From positions 62,001-126,000 of the IMG/VR virus record IMGVR_UViG_3300030202_003189: 64,000 nt of DNA; one strand, given 5' to 3'. The translations under genes were made by a program, and so were the position numbers. The notes below the pieces were generated by a model. The model ran no database searches, had not been told where the DNA came from, and saw only the letters and a program-made list of their open reading frames with translations. Position 1 is the stretch's first letter, and the number at the start of each line of letters is the position of its first letter. This document shows, in pieces, positions 19,182 through 29,591 of this stretch.

Positions 19182-19970
19182 CTACAATTCTTTTACCTCA
19201 ATACTCCTATCTTCAGTAAAGAAATATTCTTTTTTTGCCGTTTCTAACCAGAAAGGACCCGCATCATCACCAATTAGGTGAGCTGGGTGGTTTTTATAAT
19301 TAAAAAATAGAGAACCAACTCTCATATTCACGTGTTTATATCCAACTTTCGGTATTGTCATAATTCTAGCATCCATGAATACTGACCTTAATAAAAATTC
19401 ATAAACAAAGGTTAATTTAATATTATTCTTTAATCCCCCTATTTCCTTAAATAAATCCACTCTCATTACCATCCCGTCAATATTAAAGTTAGGGTAGTTT
19501 AATAACGAATCTAAGTCAAGAACCCCAATCTCCTCGGAAAAGTTCAACGCCCAAACAGGTTCGTTTGTCCATCCTATAAATTTATTTTTAGGGTCAACGT
19601 TAGTTATTAAAGGTAAAAAGATATCTACGTCTTCATAGAATCCCATGTAATCTTTAGCTTTTCTTATCCATAGGTTAGATAATTCATCATCTACCTCTAA
19701 GATACAGAAAAATTCTGTGCCACAATTATCCACCGCAAAGTTTATTTGTGATGCGAAATTATAAGACCCAGTAGTGTTAACTAAAATGTTATAATCTAAA
19801 TCTCCAAACTCTGATTTTTTTATTTCAGACTCTAATTCTGGGGTACAAACTACTACAAGTTTCTCAGCGTGAGTTTGTTGATCTTTCACACTACCTAAAG
19901 CAGTGTTCAAAAGTTCCAACTCTTTATTTTCGTTGGTGTGTATTGGTATAATAATAGTAATATCTTTCAT
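19182..19970 (-). CDS. glycosyltransferase, GT-A / GT2-like
   Basis: ITIIIPI, QINFAV, FCILEVDDEL (DxD-type), LFKEIGGL, YEFLLR. Confidence 0.75.
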   Translation of the reverse strand: MKDITIIIPIHTNENKELELLNTALGSVKDQQTHAEKLVVVCTPELESEIKKSEFGDLDYNILVNTTGSYNFASQINFAVDNCGTEFFCILEVDDELSNLWIRKAKDYMGFYEDVDIFLPLITNVDPKNKFIGWTNEPVWALNFSEEIGVLDLDSLLNYPNFNIDGMVMRVDLFKEIGGLKNNIKLTFVYEFLLRSVFMDARIMTIPKVGYKHVNMRVGSLFFNYKNHPAHLIGDDAGPFWLETAKKEYFFTEDRSIEVKEL

Positions 19971-19971
19971 T

Positions 19972-21066
19972 TTAATTCATTTGTTTTGATGCTTCAAGAG
20001 CTTGTACCTTTTCATTCTGTTCTTGATTATTTAGTGCTATAACTAGTTCTTCTATCCTTTCCTCAAATAGTTCATTATAGAAAGAGGCTACTTCTCCAGC
20101 TTCTTTCGCTTCGCTAAACTCGGATGAGGTTTTTTCCATTTCCTCATATAACTCTTGTGGGACAGAATCTTCTAACCAGTTTTTCATCACACTTGCTGCG
20201 GTGTCAACTAACGTTAATTTATTGTTAGTCCAAATTCCATTCTTTTCGGTTAACCAATTAGGGGTTAAATCAGGAACTAAACCAATAACTGGAGTTCCAG
20301 ACTTCATAGACTCAATCGGGAAAGTACCAAACCCAGCAATAGGGTCTATCCAAACTGAAAGAGCACATTCCCTTAATGCTTCAGCGAATTCTGGTCTAGT
20401 TAAACCTCTCATATCTCTAAACGTAATCCATTTTAGGAATGGGTGTTTAATGTAGAAACTTTTAATAAAATTAGCGGTCTCTCTAGACTCACGACAATGT
20501 ATAGCAATAAAAGGTTTTTTTGGTTCCTTACTTTTTACAAAATAATCAGGTATTGTTGGACTAACAATTGAGGTTTTAATATTTGGAAATAATGAGTTGA
20601 CGTAGTTCTCTTGAGATTTAGTTGTTGTAAGACATCTTCTAACAGCGAATTGTCCCCAAGTTATCCCCGGTTTCATTAATTCAAATATGTAATCGTAAGC
20701 TTGAACAAACATGATTTTCTCGCAGTTTGCATCTTTTAATTGATCTAAAACTCCACCATAAATCTCTGGGAGAATTAGAAAATCTTGTGGTCCGATTAGT
20801 GCTCCTTGATTACTTTCTCCACTAACAGCCTCATGAGGAATTTTTTCATATCCATCACCTAACCAGGTTGGTTTAACAAAATCATCCTTCTCTGTTAGTA
20901 TTATTGCGTTATATCCTAGTTCGCGTAGAATCTTAACGTGTTCATATATAGTCGATACGGCAGCCATTGCCGATCCTTTAGAATCCATACAGAAAAAATA
21001 AATTTTATTTGTTTTGGTTTCTAGGGTTTTAATTGCGCTTTTTACTTTTTGTATTATTTCACTCAT
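19972..21066 (-). CDS. glycosyltransferase, GT-B / GT4-like
   Basis: DFLILPE and GFGTFPIESMKSGTPVIG (E-x7-E-like region). Confidence 0.75.
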   Translation of the reverse strand: MSEIIQKVKSAIKTLETKTNKIYFFCMDSKGSAMAAVSTIYEHVKILRELGYNAIILTEKDDFVKPTWLGDGYEKIPHEAVSGESNQGALIGPQDFLILPEIYGGVLDQLKDANCEKIMFVQAYDYIFELMKPGITWGQFAVRRCLTTTKSQENYVNSLFPNIKTSIVSPTIPDYFVKSKEPKKPFIAIHCRESRETANFIKSFYIKHPFLKWITFRDMRGLTRPEFAEALRECALSVWIDPIAGFGTFPIESMKSGTPVIGLVPDLTPNWLTEKNGIWTNNKLTLVDTAASVMKNWLEDSVPQELYEEMEKTSSEFSEAKEAGEVASFYNELFEERIEELVIALNNQEQNEKVQALEASKQMN

Positions 21067-21071
21067 TTTAT

Positions 21072-21665
21072 TTAATTTAATTCTTTATGTTCTACCGTTT
21101 TGGTATTAATTATTTTATTAATATAACCCGATTCAAATAAATCTACAGTGTTGTCTATATTATAATCAGATTTAATATCTTTATTGTATAGTCGGTTAAT
21201 CTTTATAGATTTTTTATCTACTGGTTTGTTTTGTAGTGCCTTGGGAAAGGTGGTAACTAAAATATCACAGTGGTCCCACATCTCCTCATAAGAACTAACA
21301 AATTTTATTTCCTTTATCATACATCCTGTCTTTGAGAGAAAAAATAGTGTTGAGGGGATTGCTCTACCGCATTCCCTAGACAATAAAATAATCTCGTTCT
21401 CACCAAGGTTTTCTCTAATAAAATTATTTAGTTTGGTAACCACTTGATCCTCAATCTCATTAGAATAACCGAATATTTCCAGAGAACAATCCTCATATAA
21501 AAGTTTATCCAAATTATCTTCTCCCTTAAAATCAAAATACTTTTCTAAGTCATAATCTTTAATATCCTCAACCAAAACCTCCTTCTCAAAGTATTTCTCA
21601 AATGTCTTTGTTAATTTACCAAGTAAATTTCTTAAAACGCCATCTATGTTTAATCCTATTCTCAT
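21072..21665 (-). CDS. HAD-fold 5'(3')-deoxyribonucleotidase-like protein, degenerate motifs
   Basis: RIGLNIDGVL (first Asp is Asn), LLSR, DILVTT, RLYN. Confidence 0.6.
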   Translation of the reverse strand: MRIGLNIDGVLRNLLGKLTKTFEKYFEKEVLVEDIKDYDLEKYFDFKGEDNLDKLLYEDCSLEIFGYSNEIEDQVVTKLNNFIRENLGENEIILLSRECGRAIPSTLFFLSKTGCMIKEIKFVSSYEEMWDHCDILVTTFPKALQNKPVDKKSIKINRLYNKDIKSDYNIDNTVDLFESGYINKIINTKTVEHKELN

Positions 21666-21706
21666 TATAATGAAATTTATTTCTAATCTTGTTAAAGTAA
21701 AGTTAA

Positions 21707-22372
21707 TTACATTCCATTTAATAACTCAAAAACCGCGTCTATTGCTTCATGACGATGGTTATCAGTTAATAATGATTTATATACGAATTTTGACGTAGAT
21801 ATTTTTGGTACCTCATGTATCGCAGAGTAATTTTTATCTTTAAGATCAATCTGTTGGTTATCCCCAGTAAATATCATAGTGGAATTCTTACCCAACCTAC
21901 TTAATACCATAGATAACTGAGATTTAGTTAAGTTTTGAAATTCGTCGATAATACACACACTGTCCTCAAAAGTTCTTCCTCTAAAGTGAGCCAACGAAAC
22001 CAACTCAATCTGCTCCTCCCTTTCCATTTTATCAAGAATAGGTGGTTTATTATAAACCTTTCTCATATTCGATCTAATCGGTACCAACCAAGGTTCCATT
22101 TTTTCTCTTTCAGAACCAGGTAAAAATCCATTATCTTCTGTAGAGACCGTTGGTCTAGTGATAATGATTTTATTACATTGTTTCTTAAAGAATTGGTCAA
22201 GTGCGATTTGTACCGCTAATAATGTCTTACCACTACCCGGTTTTCCAACAATAAAATTAAAAGGGTGTTTCAGTATTTCTGTTTTGGCCTTTTTTTGTTC
22301 CGGTGAAAGAGAAAGTGAAAATCTCACAGATCCCTTTGGTGGAGTTTTATCTTTATTATTTTTTGGTGACAT
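21707..22372 (-). CDS. phoH: PhoH-family ATPase
   Basis: GKPGSGKT, ITRP, GFLPG..EKM.PW, FRGRTF, IIDEFQN, SRLG, GD..QIDL. Confidence 0.93.
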   Translation of the reverse strand: MSPKNNKDKTPPKGSVRFSLSLSPEQKKAKTEILKHPFNFIVGKPGSGKTLLAVQIALDQFFKKQCNKIIITRPTVSTEDNGFLPGSEREKMEPWLVPIRSNMRKVYNKPPILDKMEREEQIELVSLAHFRGRTFEDSVCIIDEFQNLTKSQLSMVLSRLGKNSTMIFTGDNQQIDLKDKNYSAIHEVPKISTSKFVYKSLLTDNHRHEAIDAVFELLNGM

Positions 22373-23378
22373 CTAGTATTTTTTTTATGTTATCTATTAT
22401 TATTTTAGAAGGTCTTCCATTTTTCATGTAGAAATCCTTCATTCTTGTACTCTTAGTATTAGTTGCCCAGTTTATGGGGTTGATAATATTTTTATATCTT
22501 ACTCCGTAATCCGCTGACTCTACTTCTGTCCACTCAATATTATTTCTCATAACTATACATTTTTTAGAAAAAAATGGACAAGTCTTCATTAAACCTCCTG
22601 AGTCTGTAATGATAAATTTACAGCTTGATAATGCGTCTATCATTTCACTATATTTTGCGGGTGGTTTTATGGTTATATTTTTTGGAAGGACGATGTTGTT
22701 ACCTTCAATAAAGGATTCTGTACTGTGATGTAAGTAAAAGTCTATAGGTTTATTGTATTTTTCACAGAAAGAAAGAATTTTAGAAAAACTTTCAACATTC
22801 TGATTCTCTTTTCTATGAATTGTCATAACAGGAGGACCAACAAAAGTAATATCTTTATCGTAATGTTTATTAAGTAATTCGTATTCTAAATCACCAGACA
22901 CTATTTCATTATTAAAAAAGTCCTGTATGTATCCTGTTTCTCTAGGTGTGAATTGAATCTGTGATGCCAAGTCTGCGACTATCCTGTTTAATTCCTCCGG
23001 AACTTTAATATCGTTACATCTTCGACCGGCTTCTACATGACCAAAAGGGATTTTGTGTTTATAACAAACTAAAGAGGAAGATAAAGTGCTATTTGTATCT
23101 CCGTATATTAAAACAAAATCAGGTTTTTCTTTTTTTAATATTTCACTAAACCTTTCCATAGTTTGTGATATGAAAGATACTTCATCATTATTAGATATTT
23201 GTAAATCGTGATCTATAATAAGGGAAAACTCTTCTATAAAGTAATCAGAAACATTTTCACTATAGTGTTGGTTGGTGTCAACAATGATATGGTTAATCTT
23301 ATTTTCGTTACAATAATCAAAAATAGGTTTTACTTTTACGTATTGAGGTCTAGTTCCTATTATGCTAAGAATCTTCAT
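22356..23378 (-). CDS. UDP-N-acetylhexosamine 2-epimerase, non-hydrolysing (WecB/WbpI-like)
   Basis: GTRPQYVK, QHY, YGDTNST, HVEAG, PEELNR, TIHR.EN, ITDSGG. Confidence 0.88.
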   Translation of the reverse strand: MKILSIIGTRPQYVKVKPIFDYCNENKINHIIVDTNQHYSENVSDYFIEEFSLIIDHDLQISNNDEVSFISQTMERFSEILKKEKPDFVLIYGDTNSTLSSSLVCYKHKIPFGHVEAGRRCNDIKVPEELNRIVADLASQIQFTPRETGYIQDFFNNEIVSGDLEYELLNKHYDKDITFVGPPVMTIHRKENQNVESFSKILSFCEKYNKPIDFYLHHSTESFIEGNNIVLPKNITIKPPAKYSEMIDALSSCKFIITDSGGLMKTCPFFSKKCIVMRNNIEWTEVESADYGVRYKNIINPINWATNTKSTRMKDFYMKNGRPSKIIIDNIKKILDVTKK

Positions 23379-24177
23379 TTTTTCTCATTTTGTTTCTTTC
23401 GCTTATTGTTGCTCCTAATACTTCACAAATACTACCATTTTCTAACATTGTGTTATAAAGGGCTTGGGTGTCTTTGGGGAAACACGCACCTCCATAACTT
23501 AATCTTCCGTCTGGACCCGGTACGTTTGTGTGCATCTCATTTACCCATCCATTTCTAAGTATCAGATCTTTTACCACGTCATAACTAGAATCTAGTTTAC
23601 CACATAAATCATACATTTCATTAAAGAATTGTACCTTAACCGAATAAAAGGAATTTGCAAATATCTTCATAAGTTCTGATTCTGTAGAGGTACAAATAGA
23701 GATTTTAACATCCGGAAAACCAGACTTATATAGTTCTATAATATCCTCCAACTGTTCTTCATTTTCAGTATAACCTAATACAATATGTTTTTGTTGTGCG
23801 AAATCTTTTTCACTAGTTCTGGCGGTTAGAAATTCAGGGTTGTGTACGATATTAAGATTGTAAAGGTGAGAAATATTCAAACAAGTATTAGGTTGTGTTG
23901 TGCTTTTTATTACGATAGTTCCCCTATACTCTTTTTTATTTAGTCTATTTAATATTTCATGTATTGCACTATAGTCATATCCTCTTAATTCATTCGAAAA
24001 AAGTGTTGGTAGACATAAGAACATTATATCAGACTCAAGAGTAGAGTCAAAAGAATCAAAACTTTTATATTTGTCATAACTTCTGGTTTCATATCCTTTA
24101 TTCCTAAACCAGGAGTAAACGGCGTTACCAACAAACCCTCTACCAATAACGCTAATTATTTTCTTAGTACTTTTCAT
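23365..24177 (-). CDS. UDP-glucose/UDP-GlcNAc 6-dehydrogenase family, short form (270 aa)
   Basis: IGRGFVG, CLPT, IKST, HNPEFL, SELMK..ANSF, YGGACFPKD. Start set at MKSTKK (24177). Confidence 0.85.
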   Translation of the reverse strand: MKSTKKIISVIGRGFVGNAVYSWFRNKGYETRSYDKYKSFDSFDSTLESDIMFLCLPTLFSNELRGYDYSAIHEILNRLNKKEYRGTIVIKSTTQPNTCLNISHLYNLNIVHNPEFLTARTSEKDFAQQKHIVLGYTENEEQLEDIIELYKSGFPDVKISICTSTESELMKIFANSFYSVKVQFFNEMYDLCGKLDSSYDVVKDLILRNGWVNEMHTNVPGPDGRLSYGGACFPKDTQALYNTMLENGSICEVLGATISERNKMRKNEDS

Positions 24178-24607
24178 TGTGCATCCTTTGTGCTGGTACT
24201 CCCAACCATATTTCATTATTCGGTACGTTTTTGGTGACCACTGACCCAGCACCAATTTTACAATCATTTCCCAAAATGATATTAGGTAATAGTGTGGAAT
24301 TGGCACCTATTGCTGCTCCTTCCTTTACTAGTGTTGGGGGTTCTTTTCTCCAAGCACCATTAGAAGGTGGATTTTTATCGTTCGTAAAAACAGTATGAGG
24401 TCCAACAAAAACATTATCTTCAATAATAATGTTTTCTGGAATAAATGAACCACAACCAATCCTACAGTTCTTACCTATTTTAACTTTATGACCAATCTCG
24501 ACAAAGGCTCCAATTCTAGTACCTTCCCCTATCTCTGCACTATCATAAATGTTACTACTTTCATGTATATAAGTTTCCATATTTCTAAATGTAAAAAGTT
24601 TGACCAT
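24164..24607 (-). CDS. left-handed beta-helix N-acetyltransferase (WbpD/WlbB-like)
   Basis: Hexapeptide repeats, VFTND..P, AAIGANST, IGAGSVVTK, GVPA. Confidence 0.82.
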   Translation of the reverse strand: MVKLFTFRNMETYIHESSNIYDSAEIGEGTRIGAFVEIGHKVKIGKNCRIGCGSFIPENIIIEDNVFVGPHTVFTNDKNPPSNGAWRKEPPTLVKEGAAIGANSTLLPNIILGNDCKIGAGSVVTKNVPNNEIWLGVPAQRMHNEKY

Positions 24608-25505
24608 CTAATTTAACTTCTTTCTGTCTTAGACCGTCGATTAATTTTATTGTGGGTTCCACATCTTCAAGGGTAAACCCATTCCCTTTTAATATCTCTT
24701 CGTAACTAACTTTGTGTAAGTCAGTAAATCCTGTTGAGAACTCTAACTCTTCTCCGTTTATCTTAATAGACCTAAAGGGTTTCCATTCATCCCACGGGAG
24801 GTCCTCCTTCATGATACTTAAGTTGTATCTAACCTTGGCACCTTTAAGCCATAAAGTACCCTTAGATCTCTTCCCTGTGGTTTCCACCTTAAAATCAACA
24901 ACATCCCCGAATATCCATATTAACATATCAAAAAAGTGTACGCCAATATTAGTAACCACCCCTCCAGATTTATCTGAATCGCCTTTCCAGGAATAATCAT
25001 ACCAAACACCTCTTGGTGTTATATAATCTAATGTTACCTCATGTTGTGTGATAGGAGATATGTTTTTATATTTTTCTTTAAGTTGTTTAATGAGTGGATG
25101 ATGTCTCAGTTGAAGAATGTTGTATATCTTTTTTCCTGTTTCTTTCTCTAGACCTTTTAATGACTGTAGGTGTTTATCTCTTAGAACAAGAGGTTTTTCA
25201 CAAATAACATCACAGTCATTTCTTAGCGATAGTCTTATATGTGCATCATGAAGATAGTTAGGACTACAAATTGAAACATAGTCGATGTCATCTTTGTGTC
25301 GGTAAAGATGTCGATCAAATCTTTCAGCCTCTTTGAAGTATGCGGCTTGTGGGAAATGCTTGTCTATGTATCCTACCCCATCATAGGGATCAAGAAGTGC
25401 CACCAAGTTACTATCAGTATGTTTTATCGCTTCAACATGACGAGGGGCAATATAACCCCCGGCACCTATAAGTGCAAAATTCTTTATATTATTTTTTGAA
25501 CCCAT
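24585..25505 (-). CDS. wbpB: Gfo/Idh/MocA oxidoreductase, UDP-GlcNAcA 3-dehydrogenase (WbpB/WlbA-like)
   Basis: FALIGAGGYIAPRH, CSPNYLHDAH, ICEKPL, ILQLRHH, SWKGD..KSGG..TNIGVHFFD, EFS.GFTDLH. Confidence 0.85.
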   Translation of the reverse strand: MGSKNNIKNFALIGAGGYIAPRHVEAIKHTDSNLVALLDPYDGVGYIDKHFPQAAYFKEAERFDRHLYRHKDDIDYVSICSPNYLHDAHIRLSLRNDCDVICEKPLVLRDKHLQSLKGLEKETGKKIYNILQLRHHPLIKQLKEKYKNISPITQHEVTLDYITPRGVWYDYSWKGDSDKSGGVVTNIGVHFFDMLIWIFGDVVDFKVETTGKRSKGTLWLKGAKVRYNLSIMKEDLPWDEWKPFRSIKINGEELEFSTGFTDLHKVSYEEILKGNGFTLEDVEPTIKLIDGLRQKEVKLDGQTFYI

Positions 25506-26607
25506 TTATACAAGTTATTATCGTTTTTAATTCATTTTCAGTAAGGTGTGGAGATACAGGTATATGTAAAACCTCCTTACATCTTTTTTCGCATTCAGGT
25601 AGCGATTGGTCCCCAAAAATCTTTTGGTATATCGGTTGTTTGTGTAATGGAATTGGCCAATAAACAAAGGTTTCAACACCGACATCTGACAGACTTTTTT
25701 GTAGCTCATCTCTACCTTCTACTATCAGAGTATACAGGTACCAACTATGATTGTCAATAGTATCAGTAGGGTACGGTAATGTAACTCTAGGATTTTTAAT
25801 ATTATCAAAGTAATATTGTGCGTTTTTTTGTCTTCTTTTTAACCACTCATCCGAGGCACCATTTAATAATACAGTGAGGAATCTAGCTTGTAATGCATCC
25901 AACCTTAAATTACCCCCTATAGTCTCATGGTAGTATCTTTTCTTAGAACCATGGGCTCTAATCATTTTTATTTTATTATAGGTTTCTTCGCTATTAGTTA
26001 TCACAATACCACCATCCCCCAAACAACCTAATGTTTTAGCAGGAAAAAAACTAAAAGATGATGCTAGTGAATGTGTTCCTGAGTGACCTCCTTCAGGATA
26101 ATAAGAACCGAAAGATTCTGCGGCATCTTCAAATAAGAAAGCTCCTCTGGATTTACAAAAATTATTAAGTTCCTTAATTGATTTGGTTTCGCCGAAAAGA
26201 TGAACAAACATTACCGCTTTAGTGTTTTCAGTCCAAGCCTCCTTAAATTCTTTTACTGATGGATGAAAGGAACCGGGCTCATTATCTACAAATATAGGAT
26301 TTAATCCTGCAACTAATATTGCTTCAGAACTTGCAATAAAAGTATATGAGGGTACCAATACGTCAGAACCTTTAGGTAAGTCCAAGGACATTAAGATGGC
26401 TAACAATCCATCTGTACCACTCGAAACCCCTACCGCATATTTGGCTCCTGTATATTCGGCAAACTCCTGCTCAAATCTACTAACTGAGGGACCATTCACG
26501 TAAATCCCGTCAGATAATGACTTATCTAACTCCCCCATTAAATAATCTTTATAGGGTGCCAGCAACTTAGGATAGTCAAAAAATCTAATAGTTTCTTTTG
26601 TTTGCAT
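25489..26607 (-). CDS. DegT/DnrJ/EryC1/StrS aminotransferase (WbpE-like)
   Basis: VSSGTDGL, VPSYTFIAS, VHLFG, EDAAESFG, FSFFPAKTLGCLGDGG, NLRLDALQA. Confidence 0.88.
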   Translation of the reverse strand: MQTKETIRFFDYPKLLAPYKDYLMGELDKSLSDGIYVNGPSVSRFEQEFAEYTGAKYAVGVSSGTDGLLAILMSLDLPKGSDVLVPSYTFIASSEAILVAGLNPIFVDNEPGSFHPSVKEFKEAWTENTKAVMFVHLFGETKSIKELNNFCKSRGAFLFEDAAESFGSYYPEGGHSGTHSLASSFSFFPAKTLGCLGDGGIVITNSEETYNKIKMIRAHGSKKRYYHETIGGNLRLDALQARFLTVLLNGASDEWLKRRQKNAQYYFDNIKNPRVTLPYPTDTIDNHSWYLYTLIVEGRDELQKSLSDVGVETFVYWPIPLHKQPIYQKIFGDQSLPECEKRCKEVLHIPVSPHLTENELKTIITCINGFKK

Positions 26608-27718
26608 ATTTTAAGTAAAAGCTTTTAGGTACTAAATTTAATCTATATAAGACATAAAAGAAAGGCCTAAGTCTCTCAAATAGTCTTTTGTATGTTGGGT
26701 AATCGGTATAATCCTTTTTATCATTAGTCATGATATCGTTAAATTGTTCATCTGTTAAATCTAATCTTTTCTTCATTTCTACGATTAAACTATCATCCAT
26801 TTCTTTATCTTCCATCATTTTTATAAGGGCCAATTTTCTTGTCATCTGTCCAGATCTAATTAGAGCGGAATACTCACACTTTCTTAGGTCAATACCAAAT
26901 TTATTAGGAAGATAAAAATTATTTACAAAGTATGCAGAACGATTTTCCATGTGGTGACCTCCATACCATTCCCATCCATATTCATCATGTAAGAATTTTT
27001 TAGTTTGTTCTTTATCATAATCCAGATAATAAAGAGGTCTAATCCTTTTAATTCTTTTCACCAATAATTGTCTCATCCAAGGCCAAAAATCCATAAGAGG
27101 TAGCGTAGTTAGTTTAGTTTTTCCAAATAATTTATGTATTGATCTAACATATTTTGCATCTTGGTAAAACCATCCTTGTGGTGAAATCCCTTCGGTTCTA
27201 AATGAATGACCATTCCATATCCATTTTATACCATATTCTTCTGCCGCTTTATAAAGTGTGGCGCCAATAGCTAAGTCAGTACCAGAATCTAGATCAGGAA
27301 CCGAAGCTAAAAAAAATGAACGAACTAGATCGTTGTATTCCTTGTTATCGACTACATGGGTGTATAAATCAATATCTAAAGAAGTTATCATTCTTTCTAT
27401 GTTTTCTACGGCTATCTTTGAATTCCAGGTGTTGTCGAAATGAACAGCAAGTGGTCGTAAACCACACTTAACCGCTAAGTGTAATAGGTATGAAGAGTCA
27501 CATCCTCCACTCACACCTACAATTACATCGTATTTTTTCCTCTTACCATCCTTCTTCATCTGATTAATGACGTCATTTAGTATTCTACCCCCTTCCTCAC
27601 CAACCGGATATTCCTTATCTAACTCGACATCTCTTTCACAATAGTTACAAACCCCATCATTATTAAACTTGATGTAAGGGATAGTTTCATCGTAGATACA
27701 GTTATTACATATTTTCAT
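26585..27718 (-). CDS. N-acetyl sugar amidotransferase (WbpG/WbuX/PseA-like)
   Basis: CxxC...CxxC, PP-loop GVSGGCDSSY, LRPLAVHFDN.W, YGGHHMEN, SALIRSGQMTR. Confidence 0.88.
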   Translation of the reverse strand: MKICNNCIYDETIPYIKFNNDGVCNYCERDVELDKEYPVGEEGGRILNDVINQMKKDGKRKKYDVIVGVSGGCDSSYLLHLAVKCGLRPLAVHFDNTWNSKIAVENIERMITSLDIDLYTHVVDNKEYNDLVRSFFLASVPDLDSGTDLAIGATLYKAAEEYGIKWIWNGHSFRTEGISPQGWFYQDAKYVRSIHKLFGKTKLTTLPLMDFWPWMRQLLVKRIKRIRPLYYLDYDKEQTKKFLHDEYGWEWYGGHHMENRSAYFVNNFYLPNKFGIDLRKCEYSALIRSGQMTRKLALIKMMEDKEMDDSLIVEMKKRLDLTDEQFNDIMTNDKKDYTDYPTYKRLFERLRPFFYVLYRLNLVPKSFYLKYANKRNY

Positions 27719-28466
27719 AATTTTTTATTATTTTGTCAATTTCATTTTGTTTTGGGAATCTAATTAGTACCCCCATATTTTTTTTAGAGTAAACACACAT
27801 ACTACCTAATGCGACCCCCGAACTACCACTTATGATAGAATCTTGTATATCTTTTATCTTACCAACCCCACCACAAGATATAACTGGAAGATGAGTATTT
27901 TTACAAACTTCTTTAATTATACTGGTATCCATACCTTCCCAAGTTCCGTCCCTATCTACTGAATATAATAAAATTTCACCAACACCTAATTCTTCTAAAG
28001 ACTTAATATACTCAATTGGGGTTAAATCTACTGTTTTTTTATTAGAATGTCTATAAATTCGATATTTCCCCCAAAAATTCTTTTTTATATCTACAGAGGC
28101 AACTATACTTTGACTACCAAATAGTTTTATTGCCTCCTCTATAGTTTGTCGGTCCTCGAATAGAAGAGTATTAACTATAATCTTTTCTATCCCTAGTTGG
28201 AATAGCTTTCTCATGTCGTCTATTGTTTTAACACTACCCCCATAACATAACGGCATGAAACATTCTCTTGTTATCTTACGTATAACATCAAAAGGAATAT
28301 CTTTTTTAGAGATATCAATTAAAACCAACTCATCCACTTCCTTTCCGTTAAATATTTTTATTGCGTTCACTGCATCCCCCACATATGAAGGATTATCAAA
28401 TTTAACGGTTTTAACTAAGGAACCGTCTTTCAATAATAAACAGGGCATAATTCTAGGTCTTAACAT
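27705..28466 (-). CDS. hisF: HisF2/AglZ-type cyclase-like subunit (ammonia channel)
   Basis: RIMPCLLLKDG (lacks the catalytic Asp of CLDV), VDELVLIDI, SQSIVASVD, SVDRDGT. Confidence 0.85.
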   Translation of the reverse strand: MLRPRIMPCLLLKDGSLVKTVKFDNPSYVGDAVNAIKIFNGKEVDELVLIDISKKDIPFDVIRKITRECFMPLCYGGSVKTIDDMRKLFQLGIEKIIVNTLLFEDRQTIEEAIKLFGSQSIVASVDIKKNFWGKYRIYRHSNKKTVDLTPIEYIKSLEELGVGEILLYSVDRDGTWEGMDTSIIKEVCKNTHLPVISCGGVGKIKDIQDSIISGSSGVALGSMCVYSKKNMGVLIRFPKQNEIDKIIKNYENM

Positions 28467-28467
28467 A

Positions 28468-29067
28468 TTACAAATTTATAAAGTTTTCCATTAGTTTCAT
28501 CCCATATTTATGACTTTTTTCAGGATGAAATTGTACACCAAAAATGTTATCTTTAGATATTCCAGATGTAAATTTAATACCATAGGTGGTCTCTAACATA
28601 ATATCTTCTTTGTTGTCACACTCAACATAATAAGAATGTACAAAGTAAAAACGAGAATCTTCTTTACATAACTCTGATTTTATTGGTTTTACTTGATTCC
28701 ATCCCATATGGGGGACCTTCAAAGTAATGTCACTAAAGTTAAATTTTTTACATTCTCCTTTTACAAACCCTAGTCCCGATTGGTTTCCCTCTTCACTCTT
28801 TTCCATTAGTAATTGCATACCAAGACAAATCCCTAATATTGGTTTATGTTTTTCTATTACATTATGGTGTAGTTTTCCTAACCATCCGGAATGAATTATA
28901 TTATCCATACCATTATCAAAAGATCCCACTCCAGGTAAAACTATTTTATCAACTAATTTTAATTCTTCGGGGGACTTAACGATTTTAGTTTTATGATATC
29001 CTAAAAAATTTATCATCGATTCAACAGAACCCACATTACCCATTCCGTAGTCAACTATACCTATCAT
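28468..29067 (-). CDS. hisH: HisH2-type class I glutamine amidotransferase
   Basis: DYGMGN, LPGVGSF, GICLGMQ, VPHMGWN, FYFVHSY, QFHPEKS. Confidence 0.92.
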   Translation of the reverse strand: MIGIVDYGMGNVGSVESMINFLGYHKTKIVKSPEELKLVDKIVLPGVGSFDNGMDNIIHSGWLGKLHHNVIEKHKPILGICLGMQLLMEKSEEGNQSGLGFVKGECKKFNFSDITLKVPHMGWNQVKPIKSELCKEDSRFYFVHSYYVECDNKEDIMLETTYGIKFTSGISKDNIFGVQFHPEKSHKYGMKLMENFINL

Positions 29068-29591
29068 TTTCTTATTCTTATTAATCTCGCAGGGACTCCT
29101 GCGATTACACTATATTCTGGGAAGTCTTTGGTTACTACCGCTCCAGCACCAACTTGGGTTCCTTTTTTAATTGTAACCCCTGGCATAATTACAGAGTTGA
29201 CCCCTAAATCGGAGTCGTCCTCAATAATAACTGGTTTGAATTCTAATTCTTCGTGTAGTATCGGTTGGTTTATATTTGTGTCTTTATGATGACTTGTGAG
29301 TATTTTAACTCCTGGTCCTATACCTATATTTTTACCTATTTTAATACCACCAGCAGAATGAAAGAAACATTGTTGACCAATCCAGGTTCCCTCTTCTATT
29401 ATCATCTCATTTTTATAGTAACCTTTTAGAATTGTATTGTGTCCGATATAGACGTTATCGTGTATGGAAATGTTTTCAGGATGAAATAGGAGTACACCGT
29501 CCTCTAATATAGTTTTTTCACCTAGTCTCTTAAGGGAGTCTTTATTATAAAAACCTTTTTCATTTAATCTACCGTTTCCGTGACTTTCCAT
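29064..29591 (-). CDS. left-handed beta-helix acyltransferase
   Basis: Hexapeptide repeats, [15 protein letters not shown]. Confidence 0.85.
   Translation of the reverse strand: MESHGNGRLNEKGFYNKDSLKRLGEKTILEDGVLLFHPENISIHDNVYIGHNTILKGYYKNEMIIEEGTWIGQQCFFHSAGGIKIGKNIGIGPGVKILTSHHKDTNINQPILHEELEFKPVIIEDDSDLGVNSVIMPGVTIKKGTQVGAGAVVTKDFPEYSVIAGVPARLIRIRK

Noticed and set aside
24178-24306. Longer track starts for the dehydrogenase (24306), and likewise 16166 and 55192
   Set aside because: They overlap upstream genes; ATGs at 24177, 16079 and 55237 fit domain boundaries and coupling better.
27705-29067. hisH/hisF as histidine biosynthesis auxiliary genes
   Set aside because: HisF lacks the catalytic Asp and both are coupled to a sugar amidotransferase, the HisH2/HisF2 arrangement.
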